DNA of 45,457 nt. Source: Chrysochromulina tobinii (lineage: Eukaryota). A model generated the notes under the pieces. It was given only the letters and a program-made list of their open reading frames with translations, was not told the DNA's origin and did no database searches. The translations under genes were made by a program, and so were the position numbers. Of this stretch, positions 21,058 to 32,509 are shown one piece after another. The DNA is taken from contig JWZX01002865.1 in assembly GCA_001275005.1 (NCBI GenBank), positions 1 to 45,457 on the forward strand, in the 5' to 3' direction. Positions within the stretch are counted from its first letter, which is position 1, and each line of letters begins with the position of its first letter.

Positions 21058-22545
21058 ATGGCGAGCGTGCACTATGACCTGCTCGTCATCGGCGGCGGCT
21101 CGGGCGGCCTCGCGGCAAGCAAGGCGGCGGCCAAGTACGGCAAGAAGGTTGCCGTCTGCGACTTTGTGAAGCCATCCGAGGCAGGCACCACATGGGGGCT
21201 CGGCGGCACCTGCGTCAACGTGGGCTGCATCCCGAAGAAGCTCATGCACCAGGCAGCGCAAATCGGCGAGATCATGAAGACCGACGCCGCCTCGTACGGC
21301 TGGGAGGCGGACGCGCCCAAGCACAATTGGGAGACGATGGTGAACAATGTGCAGTTGCACATCAAGTCGCTGAACTTTGGCTACCGCTCCGAGCTCATGA
21401 GCAACAACGTCAAGTACTACAATGCGTACGCCACCTTCACCGACCCAAAGACGGTGGTCGCCGTCGACAAGAAGGGCAAGGAGACGGTGCTCACGGCCGA
21501 CGCCTTCGTGATCGCATGCGGCGGCCGCCCCAAGTATCTCGACATTCCGGGGTGCAAGGAGCACTGCATCACGTCTGACGACGTGTTCGCGATGCCGACG
21601 GCGCCCGGCAAGACGCTCGTCGTGGGCGCCTCGTACGTGGCGCTCGAGTGCGCCGGCTTCATCCACGGCGTCGGCTTCGAGACGCACGTCATGATGCGCT
21701 CCATCCCGCTGCGCGGCTTCGACCAGCAGATGGCGATGCACATCAAGACGTACATGCAGGAGCACGGCATCAACTTCATCGAGGGCGCCGTGCCCACTAA
21801 GGTCGAGCTCACGCCCTCGGGCAAGAAGCTCGTCACGTGGGCGCACAATGACGGCACGACCGCCTCTGCCGAGTACGACACCGTGCTCATGGCCGTCGGG
21901 CGCGACGTCACCCCCGGCCAGATGGGCGTCGACAAGGCGGGTGTGGCCGTGAACCCCAAATCGGGTAAGATCCCCACGGTGGCCGAGCGGACCAACGTCG
22001 AGCACATTTATGCCATCGGTGACGTCATCGACGGCGAGGCGCTCTCGCCGCCTTCGCAGCTCACCGAGCTCACGCCCGTGGCCATCCAAGCGGGCAAGCT
22101 GCTCGCGGCGCGCCTGTACGGCGGCGGGACGGAGCAGATGGACTACCATGGCGTGCCCACCACCGTGTACACGCCCATCGAGTATGGATGCGTCGGCCTC
22201 TCCGAGGAGGCGGCCGAGGCGGCCCTAGGCAAGGAGAATCTGGAGGTGTACCACACATACTTCACGCCACTCGAGTGGACGGTGCCCCATCGCGGCGAGA
22301 ATAAGTGCTACGCCAAGCTGCTCTGCGACAAGACCAAAGGGGAGCTGGTCGTCGGGCTGCACATCTGCGGCCCCAACGCGGGCGAGATGACGCAGGGCTT
22401 CGCCGTCGCGCTCAAATGCGGCGCGACCAAGGCGCACTTTGACAGCACGGTCGGCATCCACCCGACCAATGTGGAACAGTTTACCACGCTCTCGATCACG
22501 AAGGCCTCGGGCACGTCGGCCGAGTCGACAGGTTGCTGAGGCTAA
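21058..22545 (+). CDS. TXNRD: Thioredoxin reductase, high-Mr animal type, selenoprotein (C-terminal Gly-Cys-Sec-Gly)
   Basis: GGGSGG FAD motif, CVNVGC redox centre, GASYVALEC, IHPT; ends GGT TGC TGA GGC TAA with TGA 22537-22539 read as Sec; SECIS downstream. Confidence 0.96.
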
Positions 22546-22623
22546 GCCCACTTGGTACACGGTAAGAATCCTTGCCGTGTAGCAGGTGGGCTTTGGCAGC
22601 TTCTCCAGGGCCGCAAGCAGATG

Positions 22624-22710
22624 GCTCGGATCGCTCACGAAAGGAATGATGGCAGGCCTTGCAATCGCGCGAGAGCGCTCAAGGCCATGCCGGAGTCGTG
22701 GGGGTCGAGC
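22624..22710 (+). promoter_or_regulatory. Eukaryotic SECIS element (type II)
   Basis: ATGA 22646-49 with GA 22693-94 core; helix II GGCAGGCCTTG / CAAGGCC(A)TGCC; unpaired AA 22663-64; minihelix GCGC-GAGA-GCGC; helix I CTCACGA / TCGTGGG. Confidence 0.9.
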
Positions 22711-23138
22711 TAGCTCATGTCCGCAGCCCGAACCGTCAGGAGGCCGCTTGCATTCTTGACGAGGCGACACGCAGCGTCAACGGCGGACTTTTGGCGACAT
22801 GGATGTTTGGTATAGTTGCGGGGTCATTCACGGGGGTGGTGGACGGGTGCAGACTGCAGTTGCCGTGGCGTTGTCTGGAGCAGCATAGGCGTTGGTGTGC
22901 CGGCTCGCGGCGCAGCGCCGCGCCTCTTGCGCGTGGCGCGCGGAACCTCGCCCACGCGCGCGCGCCCCGCCCATGGCCACGCGCCAGGGCACGGTGCGCC
23001 CGCGCGTGGCGGTCGGAGTCGCATCGCATCGCTGAGGTTTTCGACGACGATTTTCAGTCACTGTCGGCCTGTGCCCACAGCCCACACTGTCATGTCACTC
23101 TATACTACGCTTTTCAGACGCACCGTCGGCCTGTGCCC

Positions 23139-24089
23139 TCACTGTCGCACGTCACTCCTCTCAACAACCAGCTCCGGGACTCGGCTGCCCGTGGCCGTGA
23201 CGCTACTGAGGCAACTCTGGAATTTCTGCTTCATGGCATGCTGCTCCGCCACGCTGCGCAACCACCACGCCTTGGAGTTGCGTCTGCCGCTCCTGTTTTG
23301 CGTGGCCTGAGGATGCATCAGATGCGGCCTGGCGGTACCAGCCGCGCTGTACACGCCATGACGCAGCTGGACACCATTGGACGCGAACGCGCCCAGAACG
23401 ACGGGGTTGTACTGGTGCGTCGAGAAGATGACCTCCACCCTTGCCAGGCTCCGCAGTCGGCGAAAGAAGAGCGCCTGTGACGCTCGCAACGACGAGGGCG
23501 GGACCAAGCCAGGCCTCTGCAGGAGCACAGGCGGCCAACCGCCCCAGGCCATGTAGTACAAGACGTCACTGACCAGGACCAAGTCGGCAGCTTCTGGCAC
23601 GCCGGCACGACCCGGCTTGAAGCTCGCATCGTCCAAAAGGCGCTGCAAATCGAACTGGTGCGTCGAGCACGATGGGCACCGTCGACGCGTCGAGGACACC
23701 ATCTCCGAAGAGATGTCTGTGCCCACGTGTGATGCGTTCGGGCGAGATGTCGCGAGCCGCCCGAGCATGATGCCTAAATTGCTCGCGACGTCGAGCAGCG
23801 AGTCGTACTCAGGATGATGGCTCTCGATGTAGCACAAGAGCTCGGGGTGCACTGAAGAACCGTAGCGCCAGATACCAGACGAGCCATTCGCCCGAGAGTG
23901 GATGTAGTCCCACAAGACTGGCGGTGGCCGCTTGAACAAGTAGATGAGCCACACGAGCGAGGTGGCTCGGTGCCAATCATGAATGAGCCAAACGGAGCCG
24001 AGAAAAACTATCGTTGCCAAGACGCTCGTGCGAATGCCATCTGGCGCCCGTAGCGTACACCGTGACGCAGGGTGACAACATGAAATCAT
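23139..24089 (-). CDS. Class I SAM-dependent methyltransferase with N-terminal membrane segment
   Basis: SLLDVASNLG (motif I), HVGTDISSEMV, ADLVLVSDVLYYM; first ATG 24089; ends uncertain. Confidence 0.7.
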   Translation of the reverse strand: MISCCHPASRCTLRAPDGIRTSVLATIVFLGSVWLIHDWHRATSLVWLIYLFKRPPPVLWDYIHSRANGSSGIWRYGSSVHPELLCYIESHHPEYDSLLDVASNLGIMLGRLATSRPNASHVGTDISSEMVSSTRRRCPSCSTHQFDLQRLLDDASFKPGRAGVPEAADLVLVSDVLYYMAWGGWPPVLLQRPGLVPPSSLRASQALFFRRLRSLARVEVIFSTHQYNPVVLGAFASNGVQLRHGVYSAAGTARPHLMHPQATQNRSGRRNSKAWWLRSVAEQHAMKQKFQSCLSSVTATGSRVPELVVERSDVRQ

Positions 24090-26248
24090 GCATGAACACT
24101 CTTGTGTGGATAGCTGAACTATCTGTCCCAATCAGTCAGTAAGTCAGTTTCGTCGCGGTCCCCCAGCGCACTCTCCACCTCGGCTCCAAATAGCTTGGAA
24201 AGGGGTGGGGGAGTACGTGCCCGCGCTCACGCGTGCGTTGCCTTGGGCCGGTGTGTGGCCTTCGGTCGGCCGAAGATGAGCGTCTGGGGACACGCTGGAC
24301 GTGCACGGAGCGCGCCTGCCAAAGTTGCATGCATTTCATTCACCACATCCCTTTTTTGGTACCTATTTGATGTTTCTGTGTCGAGTTTTCTGTTACAGAC
24401 GCCCCTGCACCAAAATTCTCTCGAGACACTCAATGGACACTCTCAAAACTGCGCACCAGATGGCGCTTCCGTGCGCTCACGGTCAGTCGGTCACCCTCAC
24501 GCTCGCTCGAGGTCGCACCCCAACACCCACCCACCACGCCCATCCGTGTGACCGAGAGTCAAGAACTGGTCATCACCCCAGTCGTTCTTGCGCCCGTCGA
24601 TACGAGCTCGTGCCCGGGCTGCCTGGCTCCTACGAGGCGTCTGAAGCACACATGTACGAAGGCACGCAGCGAGAACAAGTGGCACACTTCTCCCTCCGTC
24701 GATTCCCGCCATGCCAAGCGCTCGGGCACAGGGTCCGCACCCGCTCTCACGGCACCTGAAGCAGTCCAAATTCCAGGCGTCTCTTTGGCGATCGACTTTG
24801 GGAGTGACGTGGGCGTTCGCGCGGGCGAGATGCACGTGTTCTCAGAAGCACCTTCGCATATTTCATCATCCTCTCAGGCGCTGAACTCATCGCACTTGCC
24901 CGTGCCGACGCTCATTATGGAGCAAGGTGAGGTATCTGACGTGGATGGCGACGTAGTCATGGCCGAGGGCGACGCGTTCGCTCGAGACACACGTATTGCT
25001 AACCAGGCGGTGGATGGCCTGGCGCCGCCCGCTCTCGACAATGCTGTGCGTCGGTGCGCACCATCGGATGCTGTGCGAGGTCCAGCGCCGCCACCCGGCC
25101 GTCAACATCACCGGCACGGCCGATGACACGTACTTCAACGGCGACGAGCGCCACTGAGGCGCCGTCGAGCATCATGTACAGGTACCATCCCGCCCGTTCG
25201 TACAAGTATCGACCCACCAATCCAGTTCGTACGTACCAGTACCAACCCCCCGATCTACAGCGTGGTGCAACCGCCGGGAACACCCGGATCCATACCATCC
25301 CGAACAACTACTATAATGGCAGGCAAACGAACCGTTGATGTCAAGATCTCATTCGAGCAATTCGACATGCTGCCAGGCGCTGCAGGCAAGATGAGTACGA
25401 GTTCCCAGAGAAGGGCAATCCAGACTAAGGAGCATTTTTAGCCCCGAGGAGCTGGACTACTTTGCCGATGTTATCAAGTACGCCTCGCACTCGGGCCTCT
25501 ACACTGTAGATGTCGAGGATGCATGCGACATGCTCCGCGCGGCAATTGAGCGCCCCATCCCTGACATGTTTCTCCCTCTTGCCAATCTCATGCTTGACCT
25601 TGTGGACTCTAACGAGTTCCACATGGTCTCGAAGTACGCGGAGGCTCACACTCTGGCCATGCAGCTCTGGAGCCTTTCAAGTGCACCGCAGCACCGGGAG
25701 TCCACGATGAGGATGCGTGCATCCCAGAGCTCATGCTCGCTCACGGACGGGATGGCAGACAAGCTCCTGGTTACAGACGCCCGCCTTCTGGAGCTGCAGA
25801 TGTATGGCGGGGATGCCCTGGCCGGCTGGCGGTGCTTGTTACGGTGCACGAGGAGCAGGGACGGCACGGCACGCGCCCGGCTGCCTGTGCAGCTCACTCA
25901 AAGCGGGTGGGAGCGCGAAGACGCCATCATCATCGTGGCCGTCTTCACAGTGATGAGGATGCCACTAGCCTGGGCCTTGCGCGACGTGATTGGTCCGTTG
26001 CGGTGGAGTTAGAGCCGCGACCGCTTATTCATATTATCCGCTTATCGTTCGCCGCGCCGCTGTCCCCTGAGCTCGCTGCGGACAAGGTCACGCACAATCC
26101 ACACGACCCGAAGAATCAGCCCTGCTTTCAAACTGCTTCTCCCCGCGACCCCGTTCCCCCCCGTTTCCCCCCTATGCATGCGCGCATTGCACCCGACCGA
26201 AACAGCGCGTCGACCTTGCTGCGCCCGGCGACGCGGCGACGGGGCCGC

Positions 26249-27995
<1,747 letters not shown>

Positions 27996-28601
27996 GGTCA
28001 CTGTCATGAGGACAGGAGAGTCAGAGACAGAGTCGCATCAGCTCGTGCCCGTTGGCGTGCTCGGCTCAACGTTCCTCGTTCACGCGTGGACTCTGCGTGA
28101 GAACACCCACCCTCACTGCAGGGACCTCGCACGGAAAATCAACATTCTTTGGGGCGGCCGCTGTCTACGTGTGCGCGGAACCGGGAACGGACTCTCCGGT
28201 CACCCTCGTCAGACGCTCCGCACCTCTAGAAGTCTAGATTGTCGAGCGTGTCGTCTGCGCGAAAGTAGAGATCTCGACTAGTCGAAACACGGAAGATCAC
28301 ATATTGATTGATACAATTCGAATTGGCGTTGGTCTCAACTTTTTATCGATTTTGGTTTCGCGGGTTCGTTTGCGGACCGCGCCCGCGGGGGCCTTCCCCC
28401 TCGCCTCGAGCTCGACCGCTCGCACGCTCCGCGGGTCGGGTCTGTGGGGCCCGCGCATCCGATGGGCAACCGCGCGCGCGCGGCCCCGCGACCAGAAGAA
28501 CTGTCAATCACAAAGCTGATGATCTATAATCAAAGTAGATCCCGGCCTCCGCGCTCTCTGTGCTCCCGTGATTGTGCGCCTAGGAGCTGCTCCTCCGTCG
28601 C

Positions 28602-30047
28602 TCACGGCGACGCCTCGCCGGCTCGCTGGTTGTTAGCTTGCTGGTGCGGGCTGGGTCGTGGTGATTTGGAGGCCGAGGCGCGTCGGCTCGCACGGCTCGG
28701 GCTGAGCTCCTCGAGCTCGTCGCACTCAATGCGCTCGATGCCGTGCTCTTGGGCGAGTGCGAGGAGCGCGTCACGATCGATGCCCTCGAGCAGACCGAGC
28801 TCCTCGAGCATCTGCTGAGGGAGGCGCCGCTCGAGAAGCACCCGCAGCTGCACCCGTGTGAGCGACGTGCATGCAATCGCGTTTTCGGCCGCCAAGTGGC
28901 GACCGCTGCCGAGCACCTCGTCGGGGCTCGAGCCAAGGACGCTCGCCAAGCTCGCACCTGCCTCGAGCTTGAAGTCCATGCCTTTGGCGTGCAGCGCGGC
29001 GCACTGGTCTATGAGGGCCGTGTGACGGTTGAAGAAGAGGGCGATGCTGCTGCCACCACGCGCGAAGCAGCCGAGAAGCGCGCCCCGCTCGACGCGTGCC
29101 CCCTCGTGTATCCCGGCCTCCAACCGAATCGAATCGACGGTGACGCCGCCGATGATGACGAGCACCGCACGCAGTGGCGGCGCGCCAGCTGGTCCTCGCG
29201 CGGCCTGTTCGAGCACAAGGATCGCGCGCCGGTTCGTCTCAAGCACGTTAATGTGCTCGTAGATGTAGGGCTTGACCGAGGCGGAGTGCGTGCCGAGCGA
29301 TGCGAAGGCGCAGCTCACCACCGTGCCCGCAAACGGTGCGTGGTAGCAGTGGTAGTCTGCAGGCGCGAGGTACAGGATGTAGCACGGATGCTCCACGTAC
29401 TGCTCGTGCTCCGGGATGCCCACGTCGCGGATGTGGAACTGCTCGTTCTTGATGATCTGTGGCATCTCACGCACGCTCGGGAAGGGCGTCACCACCGCTG
29501 TCGCGGGAGATAGCACGTGGGACGTGCCCAGGTTGCGCTCGGGCGCGTGCGGCCCTGCGTACTTGCGCGTGAACCACTCGTTCATCGTCGTGTACTCGCC
29601 AGCCGATTTCTCCCAGACCCAAGGCTCAACCTGCACGCCGTACGTACGGCAGTAGGAGAGCACCTCGGTGGCCGCATTCTGTCCGAGGTCCTCAAAACGC
29701 GTGTCCCAATGCAGATACTTTCTGTTCAGCCAGCGCAGAAAGGCCTGATACAGCCGGCCCGAGCCGAAAACGCGCCAAATGAATGCGAGCACGTGCCAGA
29801 CGCCGTCCGACGGCGGCCGGATCTCGCAATCAATCTGATCCGTCTTCAAGATGTGAAACGGCCGAACGGATGCGCAGAAGCGGAGGGTCGCACGGCGAAG
29901 CGCGACGAGGAAGATGAGCACCATCGCTGTCGAGATGCCAACGCAGACGTGCAAGGTCAAGCGCAGCGTGACGAGGAGTATGAGCACGCTAACCGTCCAG
30001 ACGCCGATGACGCCAGCGACTAGCGCGACCAACTTCTCGTCGTGCAT
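28602..30047 (-). CDS. PSD: Phosphatidylserine decarboxylase proenzyme
   Basis: YTTMNEWFTRK, YLAPADYHCYHAP, IIGGVTVDSI, FARGGSSI self-cleavage-type motif; two N-terminal hydrophobic helices. Confidence 0.88.
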   Translation of the reverse strand: MHDEKLVALVAGVIGVWTVSVLILLVTLRLTLHVCVGISTAMVLIFLVALRRATLRFCASVRPFHILKTDQIDCEIRPPSDGVWHVLAFIWRVFGSGRLYQAFLRWLNRKYLHWDTRFEDLGQNAATEVLSYCRTYGVQVEPWVWEKSAGEYTTMNEWFTRKYAGPHAPERNLGTSHVLSPATAVVTPFPSVREMPQIIKNEQFHIRDVGIPEHEQYVEHPCYILYLAPADYHCYHAPFAGTVVSCAFASLGTHSASVKPYIYEHINVLETNRRAILVLEQAARGPAGAPPLRAVLVIIGGVTVDSIRLEAGIHEGARVERGALLGCFARGGSSIALFFNRHTALIDQCAALHAKGMDFKLEAGASLASVLGSSPDEVLGSGRHLAAENAIACTSLTRVQLRVLLERRLPQQMLEELGLLEGIDRDALLALAQEHGIERIECDELEELSPSRASRRASASKSPRPSPHQQANNQRAGEASP

Positions 30048-30623
30048 TTTCCTATGATGCAAATTTGCGAGCGTGCGATACCGGTAAGCTTCACAGTGGT
30101 TTCCTTTACCTGCGGCTGCGCCATTCGGAAGGCATACGCAGCCACTGCGTGTAGTTTCAAGCAGGGCTAATCGGAAGCAAGTTATTTCGATTAATTACAA
30201 ATTAGCTTTCATCAGTACCAAATCGCACGGTATTTTCGGTATCGCACCGCCGCGGTCCGCACGGGTCTCGTGCTCCGGACACCGGAGCTCTCCGGTTCCG
30301 CTTGACCAGCCCCCACGCGGCCCCTACCGCCTATGCGCTACGGAGTACGGTACGCTATGGCGTAATATATAGCCTGTGCGCGACCGCAGGAGCCAGGAAC
30401 GCAGCGAGCACCCGGGATCGGCGCATGCTGCCCATGCGCGCGCGCGTTTCCGCACACAGCCACACACACACCGACAGCATAGACGACAGACACACTCGAA
30501 GTTCATCTCACACGAACTACGCAGTACGTTCGCCGCGTTACACTGTAGTGCTGCGGACCTGCGGTTGAAAGACACCGTGGGGGAGAACCGGCGGCTGGGC
30601 CAGGAACTCACCACCACAGCAAC

Positions 30624-32222
30624 TCAATCGGACTTCTTCGCGGCTCGACGACTCCTGTTCCACCATAAGTTCCAGAAAAGCCACGTGCAGACGATCAGGA
30701 TCATGACAAAGTCGTCGATGTAGTTCTTCTTGACGAACTCGTGCGCGCCAACGCACGCGCCGCATGCCCATGTCGAGTTCAGAGCTCCGGCGGCGTCCGC
30801 AGCCATGTACGCCGCCGACGAGGTCCCCACACCCGCCACCTCGGCCGGCAACTCGGTCGTGGCACAGTCGGGTTCGTGGTCGGAGCTAGCAGTGCACGAC
30901 GCCGCGGCGGCGGCTTTTTTGCATGAGTCGCAGTCCGCCTGGAAGAGCTTTTGAAGGGCCCAATTGACAAGATCGACTATCCTTGGGTCCTTGTGGTCAA
31001 TGAGGAAGAAGATCACGTTGTGGAAAATGACGCTGTACACTAGGTAGTGGCACGCCTCGTGGTACCGGTCGAGTTCCGTCGAGTAGGGCAGTGCGGGCAG
31101 GGACTCCGCGGCGGTGTAGTTGATGCTGGTGAGCGTGAGGAGGACGGTGAACGTGAGCGCCAGCTGGTTGCCGATCTCGTTCGTCGGGATGAAGGTCGAA
31201 ACGCACGCGAGGGTGGCGATCACGCCCGGCCGATACACGTACTTCTCGAGGTAAAATCCCGGTTTGCGTTTGAGGCCGAGTGATAGCGTCGCGGCCGACT
31301 GATAGCGACTGCGGCTCTCCTCGTCGACTTCGAAGATGGACCCAACGTCGTCTAGCTCCCACTCCACCCCTATGGTGTCCTTGGCCTCTTTCTTGATCTC
31401 TAAGATGCCCTTGCCGACTGTACCCTTGCCGACTGTATCCTTGTACGAGATTCCCTTGGGCCAGATGCCCTCCGAAGGGAGCCGCAACTCCTTATCGCAC
31501 ACGAACTCGTACATTTTGTCCTTGTGCTTCTTGGGAAGGAAGAGCTTGACCTTAAGCTGTTGGGTGTCGAAAGGGAAGTCACGTAACTTCCAGTCGAGGT
31601 GCACGTTCGTCGCCTCGATCTGGTACGTCAGGACGGCGATGGTTCTCTCGCGATCACTGTTTCGCTTCGGGATAGCTTCATCAATTAGGGGCAGCGGCGG
31701 GAAGCTCTTCCAGAGGGGCTCCTCCACGCCGCCATCTGTATAGATGCTCTTGGCGTCGTCGTCGGCCAGCAGCCACAGCTCCTTCTCATGATGCGTCTCC
31801 TTGGTGTCGTCCTTGCCATTCTCGATCCCCAACCTTGGCAGCACTTTGCGCCCCTCGATGTCTTTCCACACTTCCTCGTCCGAACTGATTCTCTTCGAGT
31901 CACATCCGCGAAGAGGTTGAGATGGCAGGAACGCCAGGGCCTCTTCGCGCGGCCGAAAGATGAGCCAGATGCGAAAAACCACCACTGCCTTCATCGCTTC
32001 GGTATCGAGCTGGTTCACGGCCCACACCCGGCACGCCAGGTAGCACGGCTCGTGTCCCCGGTCCCAAATATTTTGCAAGATGTCATTCGGTGCGCTGCGA
32101 TCAGCGGGCGAGAATATCGAAGGTCCCGATCCGCGATCGACGAAGGTCGGGGGCGCTGCGACCTCGGCGTTCTCGGCACGAGAGGCACGCTTTGGAGATT
32201 TCGCGAGCCGGCCAGGCGGCAT
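30624..32222 (-). CDS. Cys-less pentameric ligand-gated ion channel subunit
   Basis: Pro-loop LRDFPFDTQQL, LKRKPGFY pre-M1, M2 QLALTFTVLLTLT, LPALPYSTELDRY M2-M3 loop, C-terminal M4. Confidence 0.85.
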   Translation of the reverse strand: MPPGRLAKSPKRASRAENAEVAAPPTFVDRGSGPSIFSPADRSAPNDILQNIWDRGHEPCYLACRVWAVNQLDTEAMKAVVVFRIWLIFRPREEALAFLPSQPLRGCDSKRISSDEEVWKDIEGRKVLPRLGIENGKDDTKETHHEKELWLLADDDAKSIYTDGGVEEPLWKSFPPLPLIDEAIPKRNSDRERTIAVLTYQIEATNVHLDWKLRDFPFDTQQLKVKLFLPKKHKDKMYEFVCDKELRLPSEGIWPKGISYKDTVGKGTVGKGILEIKKEAKDTIGVEWELDDVGSIFEVDEESRSRYQSAATLSLGLKRKPGFYLEKYVYRPGVIATLACVSTFIPTNEIGNQLALTFTVLLTLTSINYTAAESLPALPYSTELDRYHEACHYLVYSVIFHNVIFFLIDHKDPRIVDLVNWALQKLFQADCDSCKKAAAAASCTASSDHEPDCATTELPAEVAGVGTSSAAYMAADAAGALNSTWACGACVGAHEFVKKNYIDDFVMILIVCTWLFWNLWWNRSRRAAKKSD

Positions 32223-32509
32223 TTGTTCGCCTTTGTGTTGAGTGGCGCTTAAAAAATCTGTTGAATGCTACTTTAATTATACCGACTTCGGAGCTCTGCG
32301 ACGGCCCGGGGCTGTTCAGAAGAGACGTGCAGAAGAGATGTGCTTTCACGAAACATTTTTCCGATGTGTGAATGGTTTTTACTTCGGCTACTTGTAGAAC
32401 GCAAGAACATCGACGGCAGTATCCTACTAGCTCGCCATTGCCTGGTGCGCAGGCGAAGAGGACGCAGCAGCGCTAGGTCCGCTGCTGTACGCCACAGGAG
32501 CTCGCTCCG

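Noticed and set aside
24548..26012. ORFs 24548..25126 (CPGC..KHTC motif), 25054..25338 and 25530..26012
   Set aside because: No recognisable family or consistent gene model; may be real or decayed but cannot be supported
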